DNA of 64,000 nt from Eledone cirrhosa (GCA_964016885.1 OZ024765.1:7812001-7876000); one strand, 5' to 3'. Shown: positions 48,545-63,491, numbered from the stretch's first letter. A program made the numbers and translations. The notes: a model not told the origin generated them from the letters alone.

Positions 48545-48572
48545 TAATCAGAAATAATTCTCAGAAATTATT

Positions 48573-49532
48573 ATGGAGGATGTTAAACAGTTCGACATTT
48601 CTAACACAATTGTGTTTAACAATATAAATACAGTAACACAGTCATACAGTGGTGAGAAAACTTTATCTAATGAAACGTTTACTGAACAAACATCGTTACA
48701 CCGAAATATTCCTAAATACTGTTGTGAGATTTGTAAGAAAACTTTCTCTTCAGAAGATGAAGTCATCACACACAAGAGTGAGAAACGTTACCACTGTGAA
48801 ATATGTGGGATATGTTTTGCCCGTAATGATGATTTAAAAATACACATAAGAACACACACTGGTGAGAAACCTTTCCACTGTGAAATATGTGGCAAATCTT
48901 TTGCCAGTAAGAAATGTTTAACGCAACACGAAAAAACACATACTGGAGAGAAACCTTACCACTGTGAGATATGTGGCAAATCTTTTGTTTTTAATTCAAT
49001 GCTTGTTATCCACAGACGTACACACACTGGAGAGAAACCTTACCACTGTGATATTTGTGGGAAATCTTTTGTTGTTAATTCAGCACTTGTTATCCACAAA
49101 CGTAGTCACACTGGAGAAATATTCTGTGAAATATGTGGATCATCTTTTGGCTGTAATGGTAATTTAAAAATGCACATAAGAACACACACTGGAGAGAAAC
49201 CTTACCACTGTGAGATATGTGGCAAATCTTTTGCCAGTAATGATAATTTAAAAATACACATAAGAACACACACTGGAGAGAAACCTTACCACTGTGAGAT
49301 ATGTGACAAATCCTTTGCCAATAATCGTCATTTAAAAATACACATAAGAACACACACTGGAGAGAAACCTTACCACTGTGAGATATGTGGAAAATCTTTT
49401 GCCAGTAATGATAATTTAAAAATACACACAAGAACACACACTGGAGAGGAACCTTACCAGTGTGAGATATGTGGCAAATCTTTTGGTAGGAGTTCTTCTT
49501 TAACAAGACACAAAAGAACACACACTGGATAA
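48573..49532 (+). CDS. Poly-C2H2 zinc finger protein, 319 aa, 10 fingers (finger 1 lacks its last His)
   Basis: Intact ORF ending HTG-stop. Confidence 0.88.
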   Translation: MEDVKQFDISNTIVFNNINTVTQSYSGEKTLSNETFTEQTSLHRNIPKYCCEICKKTFSSEDEVITHKSEKRYHCEICGICFARNDDLKIHIRTHTGEKPFHCEICGKSFASKKCLTQHEKTHTGEKPYHCEICGKSFVFNSMLVIHRRTHTGEKPYHCDICGKSFVVNSALVIHKRSHTGEIFCEICGSSFGCNGNLKMHIRTHTGEKPYHCEICGKSFASNDNLKIHIRTHTGEKPYHCEICDKSFANNRHLKIHIRTHTGEKPYHCEICGKSFASNDNLKIHTRTHTGEEPYQCEICGKSFGRSSSLTRHKRTHTG

Positions 49533-49574
49533 ACCTTAGCTATCCCAGAGCTCTTTAGTGTTGGTTGTTTCGTT

Positions 49575-50031
49575 GTGAAACATGAGAAATCTTTTGTTAG
49601 TAAATCAGTTGTACAGAAGCGTATTCATACTGGAGAGAAACCATGCCCCTGTGAAAAATTTGGCAAATGTTTTTCTCCTAACTGTTATTTAACACAACAC
49701 AATAGAACACACATTGCAGAGAAACCATTCCATTGTGAAATATGTGGCAAATTATTTTCCACTAGCTGTAGTTTAAGACACCACAAAAGAACACACATTG
49801 CAGAAAAGCCTTACCATCGTGAAATATGTGGTATATCTCTTTCTGTGAAGGCTAAGTACTCACAGAAGAACACACTCTGGTCAGAAACCCTTTCATTGTG
49901 AAATATGTGGGAAAACTTTTGTTTTCAAGTGTAACTTAGGTAAACACAGGAGAACACATGCATGTAAATCTAAATATATTGTCTAACAACATGGACACAC
50001 TGGAGGGAAGAGTTTAAACTGTGAACCTTGA
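49575..50031 (+). pseudogene. Displaced C-terminal ZNF module, frameshifted
   Basis: Same module as 40153-40623. Confidence 0.8.
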
Positions 50032-50173
50032 GAAATATTTCTTATATAAATCTAAATATATTATCTACCAACATGTACACACCGGAGGAAAGACTTTAAA
50101 CTGGGAATCTTGAGAAATATTTATGTAAATCTAAATATATTGTCTAACAACATGTACACACTGTGAGGAAGAC

Positions 50174-50370
50174 TAACCGGCTGTATCTGGCCAGAACTCT
50201 CACTTCTTTCTGTTCAAACCGGCTGTAACTGGCTGCTCACACCGACATTAAGGTATTGTTCTCAAAATAAAAAGTATCAAAATCTTGTAGATTCAATTTA
50301 ATATGAGATAAAGCGTTTACTGTATAAATAAAATAGTACATATGAAATATTGTAAATGCTAAAGGGTTAA
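50174..50370. mobile_element. piggyBac-type MITE remnant
   Basis: Interrupts gactttaaactg at TTAA and ends aaatgctaaagggttaa. A related piece lies at ~25560-25669. Confidence 0.5.
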
Positions 50371-51431
50371 ACTGGGAAGCTTGAGAAATATTTCTTGTGT
50401 AAATCTAAATATATTGTCTACCAAGATGTACACACTGGAGGGAAGACTTTAAACTTGGAACCTTGAGAAATATTTCTTGTGTAAATCTTGTTTAAATATT
50501 GTGTACCAACATCTACACATTGCAGAATATTTATAGTGAGATATGTTAGAAATCATTCTCTGTTAATTCACATTTGAGAGTAACCCTTCCACTATAATGT
50601 TTGGGAAAACCTTTATTGTGATGTATAAACTTGTTGATAAATGTATACACACTGGACAAATACATGTATATATCATTGTGAAATATATGGGGAATCATTC
50701 TGTGTGAAATAAGTCTACACTTGCAGTCCTCACCTAAATACAGACTTGTGAGAAATATAACTACATCAATATGAAATTTGTGACGAAATAATCACTTTTC
50801 TATGTAAATTGAAATACAATTTTATAAAGATATTAAAATTGTTTTATGGGAAATCTTTAAAGTATATTTTTTGTATCAAAATCTGTTCACAATTGAAAAT
50901 ATTTTATAACAAAACATTGTTTGATAAATTTATCTTTCTCTCTGTAAATAAACTTTTCAGTGTTCTTAATTTTTCTGACATGAATAAAACCAGCGACATA
51001 TTTTAATAAATGTATTGTTTTAATAGAGACCCTACTTTAGAGTAAACTTCATAATCTACATCTGTTTTATCAACACCATATGTAAACCTCCATTGTCCCC
51101 CTACTAAACAAAGAGCTATCCCAGAACTTTTTAGTCTTGGTTGTCAGTCTGTCTAGAATAAGGGTCACTCTGATATCAAAGCCTGGGTAGATGGGGCTCC
51201 TTTGTCACTTAGGTGACAACCTTTCAAGTAACCAACAACTTTAGCTTGTTGATAAAGGGGGACAACTGTGACTTGGTAGCCAGCTTCCGGGTAAGGGTCA
51301 GGCGAGGATTAGGGACTCACCAACGTTACTTTTTTTAACCTGAGGAGAAACATGGACATTCAGCAACATGTAGGTGAACATTGATGCAATTGTCCATAGT
51401 CCCTGACCCTCAGCAGTGAGTATGGGATCTC

Positions 51432-51465
<34 letters not shown>

Positions 51466-52281
51466 GTAATGATATCACACAGGAAGTATTTTAAATACAT
51501 TTAACGTAAACATTTCTTTGTGATTTAAAATGTTTAAAATTTCTGTCACACTTCGTTGATTTAAAAAAGTGAAATATTAGAATATTTGAGAATCTGAAAG
51601 TTATAAGAGTTACTTCTAGTTCTGATGGTGTCGTTGACTCCCTAACGTAAAGTAAGGCTAATACTTTAATCACAGAGAAAATCAAAGAAAGGAATTGATT
51701 AATTATCGATCGCATGACCTAATTGGATATTGCCAATGTTCCAGATTCTGTTAAAAAGACATTCCAACCATGACGATCAGGTATATTTTGTATATCTAGA
51801 CTAAAATAACCAATATCTAATGTGTACTTCATTTAATAAGATGATGGGGGTGAAATTTGAGGGATCATTTGACTCTTATTTCTAGCAAGTTCAGACACCT
51901 GTATAGCCATCCTACATGATACATATTAGTAGTTATTTTGATAGATAATGTAAATTATTTTGTTATTTACCATGGGTTGGACACAATTCGAGGTATTTCT
52001 GAATGTATGAAAATATCGTAGGATATTATTTTGATATGACACCGGTATCGTTCAGTCGAGGAAAATATTTTCAACGAAACCAGGCACATGTTTTCTTTTA
52101 TAATTAGGTTTAATCCAGTTATGTTAACAGAGTCCCAGGTTATCTAAGACAAGAAGCTGTATTATAATATATTATAATTACATCTAATTTAATTATATCG
52201 TGTAAACAGAGTCCCAGGATATCAAAGACAAGAAACTGTATTATAATATATTATAATCAGAAATAATTCTCGGAAATTCCT

Positions 52282-53250
52282 ATGGAGGATGTTAAACAGT
52301 TGGACATTTCTAACACAACTGTGTTTAATAATATAGATACAATTACACAGACATACAGTGGTGAGAAACCTTTATCTAATGAAACGTTTACTGAACAAAC
52401 ATCGTTACACGGAAATATTCCTGAATATTGTTGTGAGATTTGTAAGAAAACTTTCTCTTCAGAAGATGAAGTCATCACACACAAAGAAACACACAAGAGA
52501 GAGAAACCTTACCACTGTGAAATGTGTGGGAAATCTTTTGCCAGTAAGAAATATTTAACACAACACAAAAGAACACACACTGGAGATCTATTGCCTTGTC
52601 TAATATGTGGGAAATCTTTTGTTTCTAATTCAGCACTTATTAGCCACAGACGTACACACACTGGAGAGAAACCTTTCCCCTGTGAAATATGTGGTAAATC
52701 TTTTGCCAGATATGGTAATTTAAAAATACACATAAAGACACACACTGGAGAGAAACCTTTCCACTGTGAAATATGTGGCAAAACATTTGTTTTTAATTCA
52801 GCACTTGTTATCCACAGACGTACACACACTGGAGAGAAACCTTACCACTGTAAGATTTGTGGGAAATCTTTTGTTGTTAATTCAGCACTTGTTATCCACA
52901 AACGTAGTCACACTGGAGAAATATTCTGTGAAATATGTGGAAAATCTTTTGCCAGTAATGGTAATTTAAAAATACACATAAGAACACACACTGGAGAGGA
53001 ACCTTACCACTGTGAGATATGTGGCAAATCTTTTGGCCGCAATGATAATTTAAAAATACACATAAGAACACACACTGGAGAGGAACCTTACCACTGTGAA
53101 ATATGTGGCAAATCTTTTGGCCGTAATGATAATTTAAAAATACACATAAGAACACACACTGGAGAAGAACCTTACCACTGTGAGATATGTGGCAAATCTT
53201 TTGGTAGGAGTTCTTATTTAAGAAGACACAAAAGAACACACACTGGATAA
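52282..53250 (+). CDS. Poly-C2H2 zinc finger protein, 322 aa, 10 fingers
   Basis: Intact ORF, nearly identical to 43554-44438 plus one extra finger. Confidence 0.88.
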   Translation: MEDVKQLDISNTTVFNNIDTITQTYSGEKPLSNETFTEQTSLHGNIPEYCCEICKKTFSSEDEVITHKETHKREKPYHCEMCGKSFASKKYLTQHKRTHTGDLLPCLICGKSFVSNSALISHRRTHTGEKPFPCEICGKSFARYGNLKIHIKTHTGEKPFHCEICGKTFVFNSALVIHRRTHTGEKPYHCKICGKSFVVNSALVIHKRSHTGEIFCEICGKSFASNGNLKIHIRTHTGEEPYHCEICGKSFGRNDNLKIHIRTHTGEEPYHCEICGKSFGRNDNLKIHIRTHTGEEPYHCEICGKSFGRSSYLRRHKRTHTG

Positions 53251-53349
53251 ACCTTTCCGTGTTCTTAACAATTTTTCTGACATGAATAAAAAACCAGTGA
53301 GATATTTTAATAAATGTATTGTTTTAATAGACACCCTAATTGAGAGTAA

Positions 53350-53798
53350 TCTTTTAATTATATATTAGTGTACAGATATTTTTGCATACACAAAAACAAA
53401 TTCTAAACAAACGTATTTATTTCACAAAAGCACAGACGGCTTTACTATAAGATTTTATGTCTTTGGGAAAAGACTTTGATCCATTTTGAGATGTAACTCT
53501 GATTTTTAGCAAATGTTAATGTAAAGGAGAAGATTGCAGCATGTAACATATTTATAGAGATTTCCAAATGATGCATTATAATATTCTTACTTTTAGAAAC
53601 AATATATCTCGCTGCTTTTACCTTCTTACATTGCCTTACACGACTTTCTCTTTAATATCGCTTTGTTCTTCAATAGGAACAAAATGAAAAAGCACATGAC
53701 AACAACCGAAGCAATAGCTTCTATGTTTGCACTAACTCATGATACGAACATGCCAATCTATGTTTAGAATCCCGAGCAACGCCGGGTCATTCTACTAG
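53350..53798 (+). mobile_element. Helitron-like element, family C
   Basis: Starts tcttttaattatata and ends cccgagcaacgccgggtcattctactag. Confidence 0.65.
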
Positions 53799-54204
53799 TC
53801 TAGACTAAAATAACCATTATCTAATGTGTACTTCATTTAATAATATGATGGGGGTGAAATTTGAGGGATTATTTGACCATTATTTCTAGCACGTTCAGAC
53901 CACTGTATAGCCATCCTACATGATACATATTATTAGTTATTTTGATAGCTAATGTAAATTATTTTGTTATTTGCCATGGGTTGGATACAATTCAAGATGT
54001 TTCTGAATGTATCAAAATATCGCAGGATATTATTTTTGATATGACACCGGTATCGTTCAGTAGAGGGAAATATTTTCAATGTAACCAGGCACGTTATCTG
54101 TGTGTGTGAGTTTGAATCCCTAAGACTTGAGAAGTACCCAACTGATTTTTTCAAACATTACACGTGTATTACTTATGTTTCAGGGAGTGTTATGCACATA
54201 AAAA

Positions 54205-55150
<946 letters not shown>

Positions 55151-56963
55151 GAAATATTTCTTATGTAAATCTAAATATATTGTCTACCAACATGTACACA
55201 CTGGAGGGAAGACTTTAAACTCGGAACTTTGAGAAATCTTTATTATGTAAATCTAAATATATTGTCTACCAACATGTACACATTGGAGAATATTTATAGT
55301 GAAATATGTGAGAAATCATTCTCTATTAATTCTCATCTGAGAGAAGACCTTTCACTAAAATATTAGGGAATTCCTTATTTGTGGTATATAAACTTGTTGA
55401 TAAATGTATACACACTGGACAAATGCATGTATATATCATTGTAAAATATATGGGGAATCATTCTGTGTGAAATAAGTCTACACTTGCACTCCTCACCTAA
55501 ATACAGACTTGTGAGAAATATAACTACATCAATATGACATTTGTGACAAAATAATCACTTTTCTATGTAAATTGAAATATAATTTTATAAAGATATTAAA
55601 ATTGTTTTATTGGAAATCTTGAAATTATATTTTTTGTATCAAAATCTGTTCACAATTGAAAATCCAAAATATTGTTTTATAAATTTATCTTTCTCTCTGT
55701 AAATAAAATTTTCAGTGTTCTTAACAATTTTTCTGACATGAATAAAACCAGCGACATATTTAAATAAATGTATTGCTTTAATAGAGACCCTAATTTAGAG
55801 TAAACTTGATAATCTACATCTATTTTATCAACACCATATGTAACCCTCCATTGCCCCCCACCCCCTTCCAACTAAACAAAGAGCTATCCCAGAACTGTTT
55901 AGTCTTGTTTGTCAGTCTGTCTAGAATAAGGGTCACTCTGATATCAAAACCTGGATAGATGGGGCTCCTTTGTCACTTAGGTGACAACCTTTCAAGTAAC
56001 CAACAACTTTAGCTTGGTGATAAAGGGGGACAACTGTGACTTGGTAGCCAGCTTCCGGGTAAGGGCCAGGCGAGGTTTAGGGACTCACCAACGTTACTTT
56101 TTTTTAACCTGAGGATAAACATGGACATTCAGCAACATGTAGGTGAACATTGATGCAATTGTCCATAGTCCCTGACCCTCAGCAGTGAGTGTGGGATCTC
56201 TCATCATCATCATCATCATGTAATGATATCACACAGGAAGTATTTTAAATACATTCAACGTAAACATTTCTTGGCAATTTAAAATGTTTAAAATTTCTGT
56301 CACACTTCGTTGATTTAAAAAAGTGAAATATTAGAATATTTGAGAATCTGAAAGTTATAAGAGTTACTTCTAGTTCTGATGTTGTCGTTGACTCCCTAAC
56401 GTAAAGTAAGGCTAATACTTTAATCACAGAGAAAATCAAAGAAAGAAATTGATTAATTATCGATCTCATTACCTAATTGGTTATTGCATATGTTCCAGAT
56501 TCTGTTAAAAAGAGATTCCAACCATGACCATCAGGTATATTTTGTATATCTAGATTAAAATAACCAATATCTAATGTGTACTTCATTTAATAAGATGATG
56601 GGTGAAATTTGAGGGATAATTTGACTGTTATTTCTAACACGTCCAGACAGCTGTATAGCCATACAACATAATACATATTAGTAGTTATTTTGATAGCTAA
56701 TGTAAATTATTTTGTTATTTACCATGGGTTGGATACAATTCGAGATGTTTCTGAATGTATCAAAATATCGTAGGATATTATTTTGGTTTGACACCGGTAT
56801 CGCTCAGTCGAGGGAAATATTTGTTATCTTTTATAATTAGGTTTAATCCAGTTATGTTAACAGAGTCCCAGGATATCTAAGACAAGAAACTGAACTATAA
56901 TATATTATAATTACATCTAATCTAATTATATCGTGTTAGCAGAGTCCCATCTCGGAAATTACT

Positions 56964-58181
56964 ATGGAGGACGTTAAACAGTTGGACATTTCTAACACAA
57001 CTGCGTTTAACAATATAGATACAGTTACACAGACATACAGTGGTGAGAAAACTTTATCTAATAAAACTTTTACTGAACAAACATGGTTACACCGAAATAT
57101 TCCTAAATATTGTTGTGAGATTTGTAAGAAAACTTTCTCTTCAGAAGATGAAGTCATCACACACAAGAGTGAGAAACCTTACCACTGTGAAATATGTGGG
57201 AAATGTTTTGCCAGTAAGAATTATTGCACGCAACACGAAAGAACACACACTGGAGAGAAACCTTACTACTGTGGGATATGTGGGAAATCTTTTGCCAGTA
57301 AGAATTATTTAACATCTCACAAAAGAACACACACGGGAGAAGATCTATTTTATTGTGAGATATGTGGGAAATCTTTTGTTTTTAATTCAATGCTTGTTAT
57401 CCACAGGCGTACACACACTGGAGAGAAACCTTTCCACTGTGAAATTTGTGCTAAATCTTTTGCCAGTGATGGTAATTTAAAAATACACATAAGAACACAC
57501 ACTGGAGAGAAACCTTACCACTGCGAGATATGTGGGAAATCTTTTGTTTTTAATTCAGCACTTGTTATCCACAGACGTACACACACTGGAAAGAAACCTT
57601 TCCACTGTGAAATATGTGGTAAATCTTTTGCCACTGATGGTAATTTAAAAATACACATAAGAACACACACTGGAGAGAAACCTTACCACTGTGAAATATG
57701 TGGGAAATCTTTTGCCAATAAGAATTGTTTAACAAGACACAAAGGAACTCATACTGGAGAGAAACCTTACCACTGTGAAATATGTGGTAAATCTTTTGCC
57801 ACTGATGGTAATTTAAAAAGACACATAAGAAAACACACTGGAGAGGAACCTTACCATTGTGAGATATGTGGGAAATCTTTTGCCCGTAACGATAAATTAA
57901 AAATACACATGAGAACACACACTGGAGAGGAACCTTATCACTGTGAGATATGTGGCAAATCCATTGCCAGTAATGGTCATTTGAAAATACACATAAGAAC
58001 ACACACTGGAGAGGAACCTTACCACTGTGAGATATGTGGGAAATCTTTTGCCAGTAATGGTCATTTAAAAATACACATAAGAACACACACTGGAGAGAAA
58101 CCTTACCACTGTCAGATATGTGGCAAATCTTTTGGTAGAAGTTCTTCTTTAACAAGACACAAAAGAACACACACTGGATAA
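56964..58181 (+). CDS. Poly-C2H2 zinc finger protein, 405 aa, 13 fingers (finger 1 lacks its last His)
   Basis: Intact ORF ending HTG-stop. Confidence 0.88.
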   Translation: MEDVKQLDISNTTAFNNIDTVTQTYSGEKTLSNKTFTEQTWLHRNIPKYCCEICKKTFSSEDEVITHKSEKPYHCEICGKCFASKNYCTQHERTHTGEKPYYCGICGKSFASKNYLTSHKRTHTGEDLFYCEICGKSFVFNSMLVIHRRTHTGEKPFHCEICAKSFASDGNLKIHIRTHTGEKPYHCEICGKSFVFNSALVIHRRTHTGKKPFHCEICGKSFATDGNLKIHIRTHTGEKPYHCEICGKSFANKNCLTRHKGTHTGEKPYHCEICGKSFATDGNLKRHIRKHTGEEPYHCEICGKSFARNDKLKIHMRTHTGEEPYHCEICGKSIASNGHLKIHIRTHTGEEPYHCEICGKSFASNGHLKIHIRTHTGEKPYHCQICGKSFGRSSSLTRHKRTHTG

Positions 58182-59051
58182 ACCTTTCAGTGTTCTTAAT
58201 TTTTCTGACGTGAATAAAAAACAAGAGAGATATTTTAATAAATGTCTTGTTTTAATAGACACCCTAATTGAGAGTAATCTTCATAATCTACATCTGTTTT
58301 ATTCATACCATATGTAAACCTCCATTGCCCCCCAACTAAACTGGGAACCATGAGAAGTATTTCTCATGTATATCTAAATATATTGTCTACCAAGATGTAC
58401 ACATTGGAGAATATTTATTATGAAATATGTGAGAAATCATTCTCTGTTAATTCTCATCTTGTAGTCTACCAATGTTCTCTCATTTGAGAGAAACCTTTTC
58501 ACTAAAATATTAGGGAAATCCTTATCTGTGGTTTATAAACATGTTGATAAATGTATACACACTGGACAAATACATGTATATATCATTGTGAAATATATGG
58601 GGAATCATTGTGTGTGAAATAAGTCTACACTTGCAGTCCTCACCTAAATACAGACTTGTGAGAAATAAAACTTCATCAAGATGAAATTTGTGACAAAAGA
58701 ATCACTTTTCTATGTAAATTGAAATATAATTTTATAAGGATATTAAAATAGTTTTATTGGAAATCTTGAAATTATATTTTTTGTATCAAAATCTGTTCAC
58801 AAATGAAAACACTTTATAACAAAATATTGCTTAAGAAATTTATCTTTCTTTCTGTAAATAAACTTTCAGTGTTCTTAACAATTTTTCTGGCATGAATAAA
58901 ACCAGCGACATATTTTAATATATTTACTGTTTTAATAGACACCCTAATTTAGAGTAATCTTCATAATCTACATCTGTTTTATCAACACCATATGTAAACC
59001 TCCCCCCCCCCCCCCCAACTAAACAAAGAGCTATTCCAGAGCTGTTTTGTT

Positions 59052-59513
59052 GTGAAGCATGAGAAATCTTTTGTTAGTAAATCACATCTCGTTGTACACA
59101 AGCGTATTCATACTGGAGAGAAACCATTCGCCTGTGAAATATGTGGCAAATGTTTTTCTACTAACTGCTTTTTAACACAACACAATAGAACACACACTGC
59201 AGAGAAACCATTCCATTGTGAAATATGTGACAAATTATTTTCCACTAGCTGTAGTTTAAGACACCACAAAAGAACACACATTGCAGAAAAACCTTACCAT
59301 TGTGAAATATGTGGTATATCTTTTTCTGTGAAGGCTAAGTACTCACAGAAGAACACACTCTGGTCAGAAACCCTTTCATTGTGAAATATGTGGGAAAACT
59401 TTTGCTTCAAGTGTAACTTAGGTAAACACAGGAGAACACATGCATGTAAATCTAAATATATTGTCTAACAACATGTACACACTGGAGGGAAGACTTTAAA
59501 CTGTGAACCTTGA
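59052..59513 (+). pseudogene. Displaced C-terminal ZNF module, frameshifted
   Basis: Same module and same VKAKYSQ frameshift as 49575. Confidence 0.8.
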
Positions 59514-59666
59514 GAAATATTTCTTGTGTAAATCTAAATATATTGGCTACCAACATGTACACATTGGAGAATATTTATAGTGAAATATGTTAGAAATCAT
59601 TCTCTGTTAATTCTCATCTGAGAGAAACCCTTTCACTAAAATACTAGGGAAATCCTTATTTAATAA

Positions 59667-60164
59667 TCTTAACTATAATAAAGAAGGTCTGCGGGATTGT
59701 GTCCAGAATATATTTTTTTACCCCGTTTGTAAAATAAGTTGGATTATTTTGAATAAATACTGAATGAATATGACATAACTTATGTGCTAAATTTCGTGGC
59801 TGTTGATTAAATATATTTTATAGCTTATTTAAAGATCTTTAAAATTCAATTCTATAAAATTATCAAATGTCAACACTTCCTGTTAGCGGCCATTATATAA
59901 TAACACTTATAAAAATATCGCATATATTTCCATCGCTAATTTTCTCCTAATGCAGTTTATATATAATGTGTTCTTTTTAATATATCATGGATTACTGATT
60001 ACAGAAGACAGTGTAACATAGGCTTTGTTCAATTTCTGTGGATATTGTCAATTACGATTTTATTTGATGTATCATATTTACATGCATATATATTTGTGTA
60101 TAATATCAATATACACACTACACATGCTAGCAGAAAACCACCCATAGGGTGGTTTTTGTGCTAG
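59667..60164 (+). mobile_element. Non-autonomous Helitron-like element, family A, inserted in the (TAA)n tail of a LINE
   Basis: taataa|tcttaactataataaag...aaaaccacccatagggtggtttttgtgctag|taataa: TC start, hairpin, CTAG end, A|T target. Confidence 0.8.
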
Positions 60165-61528
60165 TAATAATAATAATGAGGAAATTATTGTGTACAGTGC
60201 TCAGGTGCACTACAACTCGTCAAAGAATAATATACAAATGTCAGGGAAGTGAATAGTGTATGAGTCATGATATACATGTGTGCGTGTGTATGGAGCGGAA
60301 ATATTAGGTGTAGTGTTGGCGAATCTCAGGAAGCTTGGAGGTTTTAAAGGGTGCAGTGTCTCGACAGCTAACAACTGATGCAAGTAGTTTGTTCCATGCT
60401 TCAGCAACTCTGAGCGTGAAAAAATGTTTCCGAAAGTCATGGGAACTGTGCTGTTTTCTGACTTTGTAGGCATGCCCACGTGTGTTAGACACATAGAATA
60501 CAAAAAGGTGTTCAGGGCTGTTGTTGGCAAGATGGTTAATAATTTTGTGGGTGTTTACCAAGTCAGTTGTCAGACGTCGGAGCTTCAATGTATCCATGCT
60601 CAGGGAAGCAAGGCGCTCAAAGTATGGTAGATGCCTGATGGAGGGTATTCGCTTGGTTACACGTCTCTGAACAGTTTCCAGGAGGTCAATGTTCTGAGCA
60701 AGATAGGGGTTCCAGACTGGTGATGCAAATTCTAAGTGTGGCCGCACCATAGCTTTATACAGCTTTAAATAGATAGCTGGAGAGCGGCTGACAATGGTCT
60801 TGCTGAGTGATGCTAAGACACCCTCGGCCTTCTTGACAATTTTAGAGATGTGCTTTGTCCAACACAAATCGCTGCTGACCGTAATGCCCAGGTCACGTTC
60901 ACAAGAAGACTTCTTGATATTAGTGTTGTGGAGGGAGTATGTGGACGCTGGGTTTTTACACCCAAAATGCAGGGTGGTACACTTGTCCACAGCTAGCTTG
61001 AGTTGCCAGTCTGTGATCCATTGTTGCATTGTGTCCAGGTCAGATTGCAGGCAAGATCTATAGTGTTCAGGATCTGTCCTTTTTATCTCAAGGTACAGCC
61101 TGATGTCATCTGTATATTCCAGTACTGTGGCATTCTTTAAATTGGCGTCTATGTCATTAATATATGCCACAAACAAAAGGGGACCAAGAACAGATCCCTG
61201 TGGTACACCAGATGACATCTCATATGGTGAGGAATGCTGTATTAGAACCGTGACTACCTCTCTTCGACTGAGTTAAAAAGATTATCCTTCACACCCATTG
61301 CAGAGAGTTTTGCCATAAGCCTTTTGTGTGGCACAGAATTGAAAGCTTTAGCAAAGTCAAGGTAAACAACATCCACCCATGAGCCACCATCAGTGATCCG
61401 GGTGATGTCTTCATGAAACTCGATAAGTTGATCACAACAGCTGGAGTTAGGTATAAATCCAAATTACGAGGGCCGGAAAAGATAGAGTTCAAGAAGTTCC
61501 AAAGCCTTTCTCGGACACAGGATTCCAT
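60165..61528 (-). mobile_element. 5'-truncated CR1/L2-group LINE, reverse transcriptase C-half
   Basis: SGVPQGSVLGPLLF...YTDD...ERDLG...VRPHLEFASPVWNP...VQRRVTK in a 304-aa ORF. It interrupts the ZNF 3' flank (ccttatt|tgtggtatat). Confidence 0.9.
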
Positions 61529-61746
61529 TTGTGGTATATAAACTTGTTGATAAATGTATACACACTGGACAAATACATGTATATATCATTGTGAAATATA
61601 TGGGGAATCATTCTGTGTGAAATAAGTCTACACTTGCACTCCTCACCTAAATACAGATTTGTGAAAAATAAAACTACATCAATATGAAATATTTTGACAA
61701 AATAATCACTTTTCTATGTAAATTGAAATGCAATTTTATAAAGATA

Positions 61747-62266
61747 CTAGCAGTGGTACCTGGCGTTGCACGGGATAAGGTATTTTGGAATGCGGGCCAC
61801 CAACACACGTAACCGTGGAAAAACTGCATGCATGGACAATATGTAAAGAAAATAAACCAAATACTCTGATGACTGGATAATCTTTAAGATTTTCCTCGAT
61901 TAAGCAGGAAAAATGCAGCCCCTAGGGGATCAAGAAAATGATTTTTTTTTTGTGCATAATATGCCTTGAAATTTCGGGAAAATCGGCTAGAAGTAACGCC
62001 TCAAAGAGGCCCTAAAAAACTGAAAAAATGAAGTTTTTCACCTAATGTGGGCCCTAGGCCATAAAAAAGTTGGATTTTCTTTGCTTACGGTATGAAGAAG
62101 AGATTGACTAATACATAGTTACAATTTCCAGGAAATCGGTCTGAACATAAGTAACACACATGTAAAGTTTGAAAAAAAATCGGTTGGGTACTTCTTGAGT
62201 TTTAGGGATTCAAACTCACAGACACACACACACACAGACAGACATCCTCAGTTTTATATAAATAGA
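61747..62266 (-). mobile_element. Non-autonomous Helitron-like element, family B
   Basis: Inserted exactly at aaagata|ttaaaattg with no target duplication; minus-strand termini TC...CTAG. Confidence 0.85.
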
Positions 62267-63491
62267 TTAAAATTGTTTTATTGGGAATCTTGAAATTATA
62301 TATATATTTTCTATCAAAATCTGTTCACAACTAAAAACACTTTATAACAAAATATTGTTTAATAAATTTATCTTTCTCTCTCTAAATAAACTTTTCAGTG
62401 TTCTTAACAATTTTTCTGACACGAATAAAACCAGCGACATATTTTAATAAATGTCTTGTTTTAATAGACACCCTAATTTAGAGTAAACTTCATAATCTAC
62501 ATCTGTTTTATCAACACCATATGTAAACCTCCATTGCCCCCTACTAAACAAAGAGCTATCCCAGAACTGTTTAGTGTTGGTTGTCAGTCTGTCTAGAATA
62601 AGGGTCACTCTGATATCAAAACCTGGATAGATGGGGCTCCTTTGTCACTTAGGTGACAACCTTTCAAGTAACCAACAACTTTATCTTGGTGATAAAGGGG
62701 GACAACTGTGACTTGGTAGCCAGCTTCCGGGTAACGGCCAGGCGAGGTTTAGGGACTCACCAACGTTACTTTTTTTAATCTGAGGAGAAACATGGACATT
62801 CAGCAACATGTAGGTGAACATTGATGCAATTGTCCATAGTCCCTGACCCTCAGCAGTGAGGGTGGGATCTATCATCATCATCATGTAATGATATCACACA
62901 GGAAGTATTTTAAATATATTAAACAAAAAATAAGGCTAATACTTCAAATTTAAACTTAATCACAGAGAAAAACAAAGAAAGAAATTGATTAATTATCGAT
63001 CTCATTACCTAATTGGTTATTGTAAATGTTCCAGATTCTCTTATAAAGAGATTCCAACCATGACCATCGGGTATATTTTGTATATCTAAACTAAAATAAC
63101 CATTATCCAATGTGTACTTCATTTCATAAGTTGGTGGGGGGGTGAAATTTGAGGAGTCATTTGACTTATTTCAAGCACGTTTAGACCCTTGTATAGCCAT
63201 CCTACATGATACATATTAGTAGTTATTTTGATAGCTAACGTAAATTATTTTGTTATTTACCATGGGTTGGATATAATTCGAGATGTTTCTGAAAGTATTA
63301 AAATATCGCAAGATATTATTTTGATATGACACCGGTAGCGTTCAGTCAAGGAAATATTTTCAACGTAACCAGGAACATATTTTCTTTTATAATTAGGTTT
63401 AATCCAGTTATATAAACAGAGTCCCAGGATATCTAAGACAAGAAACTGTATTATAATATATTATAATCAGAAATAATTCTCGGAAATTACT

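Noticed and set aside
60304-61218. Domesticated or active reverse transcriptase gene
   Set aside because: It is 5'-truncated, the upstream RT motifs are frameshifted, and there is no endonuclease; an ordinary dead LINE copy.
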